From Tubulanus polymorphus (lineage: Eukaryota; Animalia; Nemertea), in assembly GCF_964204645.1 (NCBI RefSeq), contig NC_134026.1:23656150-23720149 (forward strand): a DNA stretch of 64,000 bases, read 5' to 3'. Below the pieces are notes generated by a model. It made no database searches and was not told where the DNA came from. It worked only from the letters and a program-made list of their open reading frames with translations. Positions 27,201 through 42,200 of the stretch are shown in pieces. The translations under genes and the position numbers were made by a program. Each line of letters opens with the position of its first letter. Within the stretch, counting starts at the first letter, position 1.

Positions 27201-30200
27201 CAATTGATATGAATGTCACAGGCTTCAAGGCTCATTGCATACATCGCTTATTGCATATGTACAGACGATGTATCTCGAATTTGGCATGATTTACATGTGT
27301 CAGTATTCGGCAATTTTCTGCGCCAGCATTTTGTCAAAATCGCCAATTGGCTGCCAACTGCAGACGTTTTCGAATAAGGGAATATTTTGTTTCTTGTTAG
27401 ATTTTATTACCGATCTCATGAATTTCGCATGTTTAATTCGAGACGCCGACACATGAAAGGTCCCGAGATAGTTAGATTAAAAATTGGCTATGCGTTTTCT
27501 GTCATAAATCTTAATTAGGCAAGCCAAGTAGTATCGTTAGTGTGTATGGATCCATCATTTCACGAGGCACCAACATCACGCGAATACACGCCATTACCAA
27601 TTATCGCTGCATGCACGAGCAAGGCCGGTTATTACAATATGCTCGGGGAATTGATATTGTTTATAGACCAAATCAGTCGAGTGTGGATGAACAGTATGAA
27701 AATTAAAATTTTATCAAGTCAAAAGTTTTGTCAGTAATTGGGGCGGTTGAGTCGGAATCACCTAGGTAACGAGCGCGCGGTGTCGATATATTACGTCACG
27801 CATGGCTAACAACAGATGATCAGTTTCACTGCATACTTTTTTATTTCCCAGGCGGACGGTACCGATGACTTTCGAATAATGAAACTACAGAGCGACCGAA
27901 GGAATCCTATCAGTGGACTGTTTATCAAATGCGCCAAGACGCGACGTTGCGTCGCACCTCGCGGGAGCAGCGAATTTATGAAAATACCAAAAATCTGATT
28001 TGCGTTTTTATCAGTAAAAATGAATGCGAATTAATGAAAAGCGCCGCTGTCTAGATGAAGAATGGCAGCCGAAGCAATCATTTCTGAATGTTCCCATTTA
28101 TGTCGCATAATGCGAGTAAAATCAAAAGAATTCAATCAAGCTCAAAGAATACGAATGAATGTTATCAATGTTTCCTTTTTTTTCTATCGAAGTTAAATAT
28201 TCGAAGCCTTTCGGTTCCGTCGTTTACACTAACTCAAAGTATTTGGATTACGTATCTTGAGTCGATTTCCGGGCTGAACAGTACATCAAATAACCATCAA
28301 GTGCCATGAGCATGCAATTTGGCCTTCCAGCTAAATCACCTGGCTTACTTGTAATGGTAGTAATACCACATTAGACAGAATTGCCATACAATCAAAGCAT
28401 TAGTCCGGTATAATGTTTACCACACTAGGAGGGTGGACAAAAATTACATAGCGACGAATTACGTTATTGAAGGCAATACCCTCCCTGTAAAAAACCTGTA
28501 GTAAGAAGGCGCCTTCAGATATGCCGATACATCATGTCGTGTCGGAGTAACCAATAAAATTTTTAAAAATTCAGTCAGGTCAATATTCTCCGGCAAACTT
28601 TTCGAACAAAAAACTGAATCCGGTATCATCCGATGAAAACGATCAGGCAGTCGGGCTTGCGTCATGGAAAAACGGTCGTATGACGTTTTTTTGTGTCGGC
28701 ATTGATAATACGGCTATTGGCCTCTTACACACCAATGACCGACGTATCAGTAAACTGTGAGACTTTAACGACACAAATCAAGCACGCGATAAAAAGCCAC
28801 AAAGTGTATCGGCGAACGAGAGCGAACGATTGTAGTTCAAGAACACTTCTGGTTGCCAACTTATTTCCACATTGACTAGAACAAAGTGTTTGACAGCTGG
28901 TCAAATATAGTTGACAGTTTTTCTGTTTCACAGCAGAAAAGAAGTATAACAATCGCGTGCAATATACCCACTCGCTCAGCTTCCTCAGCCTTTCAATCCT
29001 TACGCTTAGAATTTCCTTATCAAAGTATTATTGAGTCCCGTGAAACAAACAAAAAATCTCTACGTTTTATCATGGATTTGTCTTTAAGCAGATCAACGAT
29101 ACTTAGTAATGAGAATTGAATACCTAACTGCATTCGAAGTCTTTCAAATTTAATAACGGCTTCCAGCCCAGGAGCAGCCGAGTGAAATGCAAATGCGGAT
29201 TATCAGACGCGAACTATAGAATGTGCATTCGTCTAAGGTGGAATTTTCGGAAATTTCTTTGAATAGTCGATAACCAACTAGTGTCAAAACAATAGTCCTG
29301 TAGGGAATTAATGACAGATATCAATGCGCAGCGTCCATAACAGAAGAAGTTCCAGTGCGCTGATCACACGCAATACAACCGGGAATCGAAAACATATTTC
29401 ATTAAAAACCTAACAAATTTTAATGAAGATGAGCCGTCTATTCATCGCACATCGATGAATATTTTGTTAGAGACACACAATCGGCAACTATGTTTGCAAC
29501 ACGAGTTCAATAAATGAGTTTCTAGTTGATGGTTGACATTCTAACTCAAGAATTGAAAAAGTTCGTTTTCAATTGTTTACCTCTTACAATAAGAGTCACG
29601 TCTTAACCCAGAAATATGGAACTGGGTTCTGATGGACTACTTTCGACAACTTAACCAGCAAAATTCGGCTCACCGTAGAAATAGGTCCGCCATATCCAAG
29701 TTCAACTCATCGTTACTTCACAACTCGTCACTGGTTTGTATACGGGGGCCGTCAGCTATAGGGTGCGGCCAGTTGTAACATAGGTGTGTCATTTGAACAA
29801 TACAAAAAAAACAGCTTAAAAAGAATTATCTATTCTTTCGCAAACGTTCGATTTTTGTTTAAAAAATGGTTTTATTAATGTGTCAACATCTAGAACATTC
29901 AAATCATTCGTTTTAATAATTGCCCTTGGTATTCATAGATTGATAGAATTAAACGTTTGTGTGCTTCATACATATACGAATGATTAGCATGTTTAGGGAA
30001 TGAAAATGACGAAAAAATTGATGGATTACATAGAATTTCCATGGAACACAGCTGGTGTGTTACGGCCTGGATGCAAAACCGTACAAAATTCTATGACATG
30101 TCACAATGGCTAATGTTAATATGCGCTATAGCGATATGAAGGTATATACAATATGCTACCAAGATTGTCCCACCTGATTGCTATAACATGAATATGTCAA

Positions 30201-33200
30201 TTTTCAAATCCAAGCTGGTGTATCAGAAACAAAGCCGTTGGATTTACATTATGAATTATGAATATCCACGTATAAACTAATCTAGTTTCTCATATAACTG
30301 ATTATTGAAAACGGTATTTTTCATTTACAAACCAAATGGAAGCCCTCACTCATCGTATGAGAGAATACATGCTTCATCATATTCTATAGCCACGTGTTTT
30401 AATGAAGTCAATGGATGTTAATAACTGGGAATATACAAATCAACATTCATTCTACAAAATCAATTCATAAGTCAGTTGTATTATTTTATTCATTTTTGCT
30501 ATACTAGTAATAAAGACAAGCCCTAGGCGACAACGGTTCTCGGGCTCAGGCTCAAACTCCAAAATTACCATGCGTTAGTTCCAATTGCATTTTGGATATG
30601 TTGTGTACCTAGGACCAATAGTTAAAATTTACCAAGACAACTTATTGCATTTCTGTAGCTGAAAATGGAGTTTTAGTGTCTAGTTCTGGCGCTAGGTGGC
30701 AAGCTGGGCCCAACTATCAACAAAGCTAAGTAGCTGAAAGACAGAGACACATATAGACCGACTGACCCACAAACAGAGAATAAGGGTTAACAAATAAAAC
30801 CCACAGTTACTTCTGTAAAAACAGTTTATTGCCTTACAGTTTCAAGGTTCAAACTAAACCTCATCATCAGTGGAACAAAAATTCATTATTGTATTTTTTG
30901 TTCCTCTGATGATGAGGTTTAGTTCGAACCTCGAACTGTAAGGCAATAAACTGTTTTTACAGAAGTGAATGTGGGTTTTATAAGTTAACTCTACACTGAG
31001 ATTTACATCAGTCCACTGCAGTCAAGAGAATAAGGGTCTCACGGAAGACAGAGAACCAAATAATTGTAAACAGTTGTATATCCAAACATGACTTATTCAG
31101 TACGAGTATATTGTACCCACATATGGTAGTGAATCATAAGAAAAGAACGTACTACAAGACATGTACGGGGTACATCCACGGTCAATTAAAAAGTGATTTA
31201 AAATGCAATCTAATTTGATATCCGATCGCTTATAATGACTTAGTCGTCAGATAATGAATGAGCTGCAGGCTATGTTGGTATATGAATGAGAGCAAAATCA
31301 TGGACTCAATATAACATAAATCCACATTCGCACTATCACCAGTTAGTCAGTCCGTTCTCATTTGGCCAGTACCAGGAATCGACAAATTTAGAACTGACCA
31401 AATCAATGCTGTGCGTTCTCACATGTGTTTAAATAAGCTGGTCCAGCTAGACGCAATGGAAAGCACACATAGAGAAATGGTCCACATTCGAAATTTAAGA
31501 ACCGATCTGGCACTTTTTGGTCATTCTAAATTGGTCCATTTTACCAGGAATGAATGAAGAATCAAGCACAGAATTTTTGCTGATGCGAACGCTTGGATAA
31601 ATGGAAAAGACTAAATTTAGAACGTTCTAAATAACGTAGAGCGAACCGTGGCTAGATTAATTAAGAATATAATCTTCTGGGTTTGTGATGTGATGCTCAT
31701 CCCTACCCCTGCAATACACAGCATCACTATGTACACAGCATATTCGTAGCTAACATAAAAATCATTTCAGAAGTAGCAAAGCCAATGGCAATCACTTAAA
31801 GCCTGGCAAACGACAGACATCGGCAATGATTTAGCGCAGATAGAACAAGATTGTCTAAACCGAAACCTCGCATTTGAAGTTAATCAGTAGATAATATTAG
31901 TCAGTGTGGTTTGTAGGCGCCGCCGGTCAATATGCTAAAGTGACAAGATTCTCATGTTGATTGGATTACATTACGGCTAGATACAATTCAGTTAGATACC
32001 GGTGACAGTCTACAAATAGTGACAACTGAAATGCATGAATACCAAGAGCACCCCGCTACTGATCTTGTAAGCATTCCGAATCTTCAAGATATAACGTTGC
32101 GGTCAAATATGGACCAGCCTATCATCGCTATCATTTCATTCACCTCTTCGCTAATTATCACTTTCTCCTCAATCAGTAGCTCGCCAGTTCAGGCTGGTTG
32201 GAAGATTGTTTGAATCGGAACCCAAATTTGCCAATTACATACTTCGATTTGAACAAAAAATTCCGTAAATTCAGCTGCTGATCACACAACTTTATCTGTA
32301 CTTCGATTTCCGATTTCAAAATCAAACCCCCTACTTTTGCTTCAGGCAGGTGTGGTCCGTTAGTAAGGGATGCCAGATCAAACGAAATCCACCAATAAGT
32401 AACTGGGTCAATCCCTATTTCAAGACAAAAGAATATCACTATTTATAGACAATATTCATCATATCAAAAAATGTCAAAATATTTTGATTAACATAAAAGA
32501 TGGGGAAAAGAGATGGAAAGCAAGGCATTATGTGCATGTACTCGACTGGTGCTCTATACGCCATGTTGGAGTATTACTCCAACATGGCATCGGAATCACT
32601 TGGCTTTCATACAACGCTGATATTACTGCACAAGTCTTGTTACAATTCTTCACCAGTCATAAAACGACGACCGTTTCTTAAAAGGAATCTACTACAGAAC
32701 AAATGCAATTCATCAATATAGTTTCACGACTACGGGCACACCGAGCACACGCGGAAAAAAAATGATGAACATCATCGATATTGTGTGTGCGAATGTGTGT
32801 AAAATTAATGAAGGCAGAGTAAATCATGGCTGCTACTGTTGAAGTGTCAAATGTTGGCACACCTGCTATCTATCTGCTGATCACCATCAGCAATATAATA
32901 TTAATACGCATTAACACGGCAATCTATTTCATACCAAACGATGGAGACTAGTACTGAGCGGAATATGAAAGAGCTAAATCCATTCTGTTGTGTAATATAA
33001 TATTTCTAATCATCCTGATAGAGCAATTACTACGAAAAGAACGTCTTCGTTCCTAGTGACTTTCTGAAAACGGTGCCAACAATCAGCAACCACATCATAA
33101 GAAACGCTCAATACAGCACTGATGCAGATTTACATTTTCTTTGTACTTCATAATGAAATGTAAATATTGAATCTCGGAGTGCTGTGTAGCCCGAGTTTCC

Positions 33201-36200
33201 GACGCAAGAAAGAGCAAGCATGTCTGATACATTGATCAGTTTTCGCTAATTGTTTAAGCGAATCTAATCAATTCAATGTCGTCCTGATGACAACGACAAC
33301 AGACTTTCTACATTTCAGCCGTCATTGCAAACACCGCATTCATCTCAATATGCTCAACGACACTTTCGTTAAGCATTCCGCATGTCGCTAATACCAAATC
33401 TAGTCAGTTTCATTACCGCCCTATCTTATTCATCATAATTATCAACATACTTTAAGACTGTGGAAATTGTCATTCTTGAACAAACATCAATCCTTAAAAT
33501 GAAAAGCTAAGTCGCGACATGCCCTCTCTCACCAAATAGTTGAACAACTTGGGAGACACTTTTGCTACAGCGTGTATGCATGTGTTGTGTGTGTGTGTGT
33601 GTGTTAGCTGAACACTTATAACGTTAACGCACAGCATCAACAAACAGACATGGTGGCTTTGAGCTACTACCAGCTTAGCTCTAGATTGATTAAGGGAAAT
33701 AGCCAATTTCCTTCACCTGTCTTAGATCTATGGCTACTTAGAATAAACACACCAAAGAGACACATTCGAGAAAGATAGTGGCAACATGGTAATACGTTAA
33801 TGATTGCGCAAAATTCAAACTCGCCAGCAATTAATTTGATTCGAAGTGTTGAGTTTCGCAGCGGAACGATTTTTATATCTTCAAAACTTGTGCAAACAAC
33901 TCGAAACGCGGAAAACATCGCAATAAAAGCTTCGGAAGTTACAACGAGAAATCAATGTACAGAGCCACTGCCACTACTTCGATGACGAACACATTTTCGT
34001 GAATGATCTTCACACGTTTTTACAAACTGATCTTATCAACATCATCATCATCATCATCATCATCAACCACTAGTGAATATCGTCCACGGTTCGATTTTCG
34101 ATAAAACCAGTTATGCAACGCGTTCAATTCAGCCGATGAACACACGCCTGCCTGCGCGTGAAGAAGAAATCGCTGGTTAACGTCTTAATCGCGCGGTAAT
34201 GATTTCATCTGGAACTACCGCATGTACTGGTCAGTGGGTAGAATTCGCGATTTGTATGCATCGCTTGGTTCACTCCATCACCATTTCTCATGGCTACAAA
34301 GCCCATTATTGTATCTTGCAGGCCATATACATACAAAACCGATGAATACAATATTTCGTCGTTCGTCTGTGAGTTTTATATCGATTCCTTGGCAGAGAAC
34401 AGAATGGGCAAGCCCCGAAGCAGACACAATACAATGCATAATTCTGACTCTTAGAATGCATAGCAGGTGTTCAGCCTACAGCGATGGATGGTCGGTTCGG
34501 AATAGAAAGTAGCGCCCGGACCAGCTGAGGTCGACGGGTCGAATGACCATGCATGATTGATAGTGCAATAAGCGACCACACTAAGATGATACATTAACTT
34601 CCATCTATTATCATCGATATATTTGGTCTGGGTAGGTTATATTTTCGTGACGTGACGAAGGCTACTCGTACTCGTATTACATGATCTACCACTGATGAAC
34701 CATTTTTTCGGCCTTGTTATCCAATTAGGAAAACTCTCAATGAATACAGAGCTGAAGTGATGCGTACCTGATATAAAATCTAAACTCCCGCTAGAAAAAC
34801 GCGTTAGGCGGATCGAAGGAGAAATGATGAAAAACCTTTTAGATCACAACTCGACCATTGAGAGCAAAATCAACTCATTGCAGTGAGTCAAGGGTTATCC
34901 TATAACTAGGGAATGCAGCTCCGGAAGTGAATTCGATTGTGGTTGACATAATTTCTAATAACATTGACAACATCTAATAATCTGAACGATGATTCCCCAG
35001 CGAAAGAATCTCTATAAGCAGCGATCACAATGAGACGATTTTGGACTGGGTCTAACTGAGTCAGATTTGGCCCTTAACCTTATAAGGCAGCATGTTAACA
35101 CGTAAATAACTCACCGATTATCAGAAATGCTATCAAAATGATTCTGTGGTAAGTGAGGTGAGTTTTTCCAGAACCAATTAGTATTCACATGAAATAATTT
35201 GACACATGCTTAAATCTGGCCAGGTGAAATGTTTTTGGTCTCACCAAATTTGGCTAAACAAGCACTGATCGATTCGGCACCAGTGTTTGGATCGCAACAA
35301 ATTTCTCATCTGATCACTGCGATAGACAGGTGTAGCTGACAGGTTTTGAAATGCAATTCACATTGAAAATTAATGACGATGTTTTAAGCTAAATATTAAA
35401 ACCAATTGAACCATCTTTATACCTATCAATATTGTTCCACCAGGCTCGCATTTAAGCTCTTTTATCAAATTTAGAGGATTTGTAGGCAAAGCCGCTTCCC
35501 GCATGCACTAAGTCATCAATTGATTTATTATAAAACTGTCAGAAGCCATTATTGCCAATTAATTTAATGGCAGTCTAATATTTGCATACGGTAAGTTCCA
35601 TGGTCAGACCGAAGGTAGTTATTCATTATATAGATCCAACAGAGCTTTGAAAATATAGTCTATAAGTTGAGAGCTCATTAGGTTAGTCCTGTACGATCTG
35701 CCATAGTATGAATTATATACATATACTTGTATATGCATCAACTTGAGTTCCTCATTCAAACTGAGTTATACAAGAATCAATCAATTAATTATCTAAATGC
35801 AAATCGATAAAAGTTAAATAGAAGGTTGATGAGAGGCTTGGTTTACCAATATGACCCTTTAGGATAAAAGTGTTCCACAACTAGGTGATGCCGAGAGGAC
35901 ATACATATTTCATGACGACATGGCTTACTTTGAAATCCACCGCCAGATCGGTAAGGCACCCAATGGGAAAATGTAATTTCTTTGATGAGAAAATATTCTC
36001 GATTCATGCGAAATTCGTGACAAATACGAAAAGTCGTTTTCATGCAACTCAAAGTACTTTATCTGGAAGCTGTAAAGTTAAAAACAGAGTATTTGATGTA
36101 GCTTGTTCACTCCCGAGGCCTCATTGATCTCTTTATCAAATTTAAGACACAAGCGGAACTATTCAAGTAAAGCCAATCTAATTTAAGAGTCTCCGAAGCA

Positions 36201-39200
36201 GAATTGCTTTTTAATAACCCTTTTTAATCGGAAAATGGTGTGAACCAGAACACAAATTTGCTACCAAAGTAATGCATAATTGATACTGTGGGAAAATAGT
36301 AGTTTTAAGTCGAACACAGGTCTCATCAATTCAACTGGCACTTCATCTATTAACCAATCATTGGAAATTTTCCCATGCCAAACAGTCATCAGTTCTGTTG
36401 TGCCTCATGAAATATTTATTTGAAATCGGCTAAAAGTCATAAGTCACAAAAACAGCATGCAAAAATTCGACCGCTAGAATTATATTCATAATATATACGC
36501 GCCCCACCTCTAAGTAAAACAACAGCGAAAGAAATCTATTACTACATGCTGGCAACAATTAACTGTTGCTCAATGATTAATAAACGTAGTTGAAGACTTG
36601 AACGGCAAGTGAACGCTGCATACACATGTCAAAGATGAATAATGAAAACTGCAGTAATATTTGCTCAGCGAAGTGTGACTAGAGTCATTTCCAGGTGTAA
36701 TGCGACAGAACGGTATTACAGAATGTAGCAATTATTAAGATCAAACAGAATACGGGAAAGTCGCTAGACAATATCAATACAGTGCGTTATTGTGTGGACT
36801 ACTAATCATTCACTTTCTTGTTAGCTGCATTCAGCGGCGTTTGCCGTTTCAGTAACCAAGGTTGGCAATAAACGAAGCAGTGCATTAACTTCCACTCCAC
36901 GAAAACGAATGACGGACAAACCAATTCTATCTTTGAAACAACTGGAACTGTTTTTTCCTTTTTATGATGATGAGACTGACTAATCTAGCATTGACAATGG
37001 GTCGGGTCGAAATTCGATCCTGATAGACCGTGACCGTGACCTTGATGACGGCTAGTCACCGACAGTAAGTAAATATGCTATTATCCAGTAATAAGTCTCA
37101 GATCGACTGAACAATGACATATCTACCCGATAAAATAATGGTCATCTTTGTAAGGACAAACTGGTCATAACAATCAGTATTCCCATGGACAGAATCAGTA
37201 AAACTGATGCTGGCGACTAGCGCATTGTAACGACGACAATGGTACGACAATGGCGTGACCGGGACTGATCTTATCAGTAATGATAAACACCCGATCAACA
37301 GTGATGATGAAGTTACTTTCATCAAATGTACGGCGTTCATATATTCTGGACACGGCGAGAAAATGAAAATTGCACTTATTTGATTCAATTGCCGCCCATA
37401 TTACTCGACATCATCGGCGCAATCTCCGCAGTAATATTGACAGACATCAATACAGCGCCGGCGAATGATATTTTTGGAGTCGACGAGCTGAAATATTTAT
37501 GAAACGAATGAGGTCCGGTGACAAGGGCGACGCCGGCAATGATGATGACTGCGTGGTTATATGTCAGAACACAGACGAAATAGCAACAATAATGGCTGCG
37601 AGCTTGTTGACTAATAAATATACATGCGCGATTTCGATTGGAAATTCGATCGACCCGACAGAAATCATCGACAAAAGTGGACGCCGATATATGGCCACAA
37701 TCTTTAGCGAAGTATGAACTGAACTGGGTGAAACCACGAGAATGCACCGAGCGCTATAATCATAATCTACGATTTCACGACCGAACACCATATAGTTGCC
37801 TCCTGATGACTACGTGTATCAATTTGAGAACCACATCCACGGTGATATCGCCTGTAAATAGCCTAGAAATGAGAACTGTACGAAGGATATTTCTAGATGT
37901 TAATTATCGGATCAGGGCAGCATGTATCAGTTGGATCTTTGTGGGCACATGATAATGATGATATTCATTTGAAGGAGTTATAATGATTTTAGCACCATAT
38001 TCGATTACCCCCTTATCAAAAACAGGCGATTAGAACGATTACGGTCAATTTCTCCGGTTCGAAATTATGAACTTAAGGTCTGAGATTATCGTGTTGGTTG
38101 ATCAGAATTTATGAAACGTGCGTGCGATTGTCACCGAACTCATCACGCCACGGTCACAATGGAAGAAGTAAGAGTTTTAATATTTAACTAATAGCCACCA
38201 CACATCGGTATCTAATCACGCGATGAATATCATTATTCAATTATAAAACTAGTAACACGATGAATAGAATAGATATAATCAGTCCTGTAAAGCGCGCTTG
38301 TCTATACGACAATAGACGTTTTCGCAAAAGACCTTCAAATTTCAGTTTTCTCATGAGAATCAACGTTCTGCAATACGAACGGCTGATGCCGGAGTTCTAC
38401 GCACTTAAATATGATTTATCACGTGCGTGTGCGTGCACGAGTGAGAACATTTCACAAATACCGAGAATTCGCTCGCTACGAATCGGCGCGAATTTAAATT
38501 CGCTGCTTGACAATAAATTGAACTTTTGTCATGGTAAGCATCAGCGGGGGCAAGATTGATCGGTGATGTGAATGGTTATTGCGCATCGCAAGTCAGCAGG
38601 TAGATACAGCCAGTGCGATGACGACGACGACGACGGCGTTGAGGAATGAACAAGACCCCGAGTCTATCGACGACTCTCGATAGACAGCAGGCGATGAGCG
38701 CAGATGGCGATCAACGTGATCAGTTCCCACAACGCTTCAAAATTCATCAAACATTTAAACTCCACTTCAAGGAGGCAGGCAGATTTAGAACGCGCCAAGT
38801 AACCACCGCTCTGTACGCAATTAAGTATTTATGGAAATGAACCGCATGGAAAGAGATAATCTGAGTTATTATGTCCCCCTCATGCATCAAATCGAAATGA
38901 CACAGGGGAATTTTTAGATAGAATTTGTAGTACATTGGGTTCCCTGTTTGATAAGCATTTCGCCCGACTATTCATTTGAAGATGCGCATTTCTATTAAAT
39001 GAAGTGACTCATGATTAAAACTGCAAAATTCTACAAATAAAACCACAGGAAGATGTAAGCTTTTTTCATTAGTTGGATTGGGTTGGGTACTAAATGTATC
39101 ATCGTTCGCCATTTATCGAGGTATCGAGATAAATCAATCAGCTTCCTAGATCTTGACCGAGCTCCTCCTAAGTTTTGATTTGGATATCAGTTCGAATTGC

Positions 39201-42200
39201 CGCCATTAAGTAAAACTGCCGTTTCGGTTCTTGAGAGTAACAGATCGATTGCACGGGAGTGCAGGAATTCACTTTTTATGATGTCAAATGAAATTACTTG
39301 CTGACTAATGGCAACAGAGATTGATTTCATCATCAAACTTCCCAATCAATTACCTAATTCTATTTTTCTATGCTCGTACATGAATTCTCATATCCTCATT
39401 CTGACAGTTCCCATAACGACCCCGTCAAAAATGAGTAATATTTTATGTTCGGAATATATTCACTACCGACATTGAAACAAATTTTTTTTGTGTGTTTGCA
39501 ACTGTGAACAGTTCCTCTACATCAGCAGTCATGTCGAGCACACTTACACGCTTCAACTCACTCTCGCGAATCTATTGTATGCTAATGGTTCGGCACCAAG
39601 TTCGGCGCGCGCCGGAAAACCAAGCAAGTCAGTTAATGGACGACAAGTACGAGCGAGTATTGAGAACGTTGTAGAAGGAGATGTGTAGCATTGTTTTATT
39701 CATAAATATTCATAACGCCTCTAATGAACGATTGTTAAATAAATAGAAACAATGTCGTTTGAAGACCGTTTTCTATGAAGGCGATTAGAAAATATCGATA
39801 GATTATTATTGCACAATAGGTAAAACCAAACCGATAGACATCTTGCATTGCGATACATTTTCGGGATACATTACAACTATTGATGGACAATTTTTTTGCT
39901 GTAAAAGGTTATCAGGGTGTGATATCTGTTGTTAGTGCTAACCAATATGCATATTATGTATACTTCATCTATCATTATGGCTCTAATATTAAGTTTTGCT
40001 CATAGAGTGATAGATATCACTTTCTTCATTATTCATCTGACATAAATTCAGTCAGGGTACATGAAACTGCCTAGAGATTATCAGCTAACTGGCGTCTTTC
40101 TTCTGTGATTGATATATTAAAACCTACTAAAAAAACAAAGTTTTTATCAAAATTTGTTAAATTTTCATCAATGGACTAAGCCTTTCAGCGATTGAACACG
40201 TTTACTAGCTGGTCTCTCCGTAAAAAGAGAAGACTGTTTAAATCATAAGTACACCGACTAGAGCCTGGTTCATCTGTTACCATTTAACAGCTGGAGGTTA
40301 ATTACCGTCAACTTTATTGTTAATCTAATTACATTTATGAAAACGGACTTGTCTGCACATCGTTGCACACTGGAGACAGGCTGTATATGACGCTCGCTGT
40401 TCGTCGGTTCACTCGGTGGCACAAACGTGCGCAAACATATGTCTCCAACGTTTAATTGTTAAGCCTGTCTTAAGAGTCACAGCTTAGCTGCTGCTAAGAC
40501 GGCTTTTACGACAACGTGTATACATACACATTCTCGTATTGGCTTAAATTAGATGATGACGACAGGATTACCTACGAGGGAACCAATCCTTCAAACGACA
40601 AATAACGCCGACGTAAACAAAGACGAAGGATGTATGAAACCGACGATAAACTTAGTTTTTGAAAAAACCCAACAATAATGATCGTTAAATACGTCGCGAC
40701 AGCTTGGGCCCTCGTCAGCGGAACAAAGTTGCACTTGATATCATTTTTGTATTCATCAAACTGCTCCATTGGAATGTAACATATGTTTCGGCAGTACACA
40801 AGTGCCCTGACTGTCCGACTGTAGCACATGTATGGAAGAATGAAAACTGGAAACGTTTAAAACCAACACACGAACGCCTAGACAAGATCTACTCTTAAAA
40901 TTTTGAGAGTTCAATTCGACTCTCAGGCTATTTTCCACATTTTTAAGTTGTGCAAGTTTTAATCTGACTCTAAAACTGGTTTTTCAACACGATGGATTTG
41001 ACCACAGAGGTGGGTGTTGTGTTGTCTGGGAATTCCCAGAATATGATGCAATCACTTCGGGAAAATAGAAATTGGAAAAGAAAAGGAAAATACATCTCGG
41101 ATTTTTCCACCTGCACCTGCTTCCATACCCATCCATCTCTTGGGAGACCAGACTTTGAGTAAGAATAAGCTCATTATCAAGTATAGTTATAATAGTAACA
41201 CTAAAGATAATAAAGTATGAATTGAATTTGTTTCATCTTACCCCCAACAATTGTTTCATCAATAAAAAATCGATATTCAAAAATATATTGTTTGTGTCAA
41301 ATATTGTTTGTGTCATTCAGAAATTTTTAGCATTTTAGAAAAAATGTTCAGTTACCATCAGTAGATTCAAATAACCCGCTGATCAGCTCTGAATCAATTT
41401 GGGCATTGAAAACATTAATGTTATATTTTGAAATATTCATCAATCTATGAACAAACCCTATGAGACCTATCACACCAGTTGTAAAACTGCTTGCGACAGC
41501 ATTTGTATAATTGGTATTTTCTAACTGTCACATAAAGGTCCGCTCTTGAAATTATAGATATATATCATTGATATTTTCAGTATATTCTACATGGATCGTG
41601 CATCACTTTCTAATTAGCATGAAAGATTAATGCGAAACACAAGCCCATTTGTTTTCACCAAAATTCGTGCGCAAAAGCCATGAATTTTTAACCGTGATGA
41701 GCTAATTTCATTACACCGAGCAACATAAACCATGGCAGCGCTTGATGAAAGGAATTTAATAACTTGGAAAATTCCATTCCATTTTCAGTAATTCCATATT
41801 AAATTGCCCACAGAAAAGAATGAAGTATGATCAATGAATACAACACGATTCGACCCACAGCAGTCGTTTTTCATTAAATTCAGGCGAATATGACCAAATT
41901 TAAACATAGCGAGCATGACTAGTTTTCAAGTTCCCAGGCTGTGATGACATGAATTATGAATTGTCATGCGATCAAATGTAGCTTTACAATATACCAAAGC
42001 ATCAATAATGCATCACGCCCATAGAAACTCAAAACAACACCCCTGAATTGATTGAATTCATGATGGGATCTGACTTCATAGGACTTCTGTTTGTTTTCTT
42101 ATGCCCTCGCAGGCAAGTGCTCCAGAATTCAAAATATCCTTGGGGGAAAGATGAGAAATGATCTTCACACCCAGAGCTGAGCGGGGCTTTAACTCATAGA

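Noticed and set aside
37660-37720. SLKIVAIYRRP as a LINE endonuclease motif
   Set aside because: No other APE motifs (GDFN, SDH) or RT sequence nearby.
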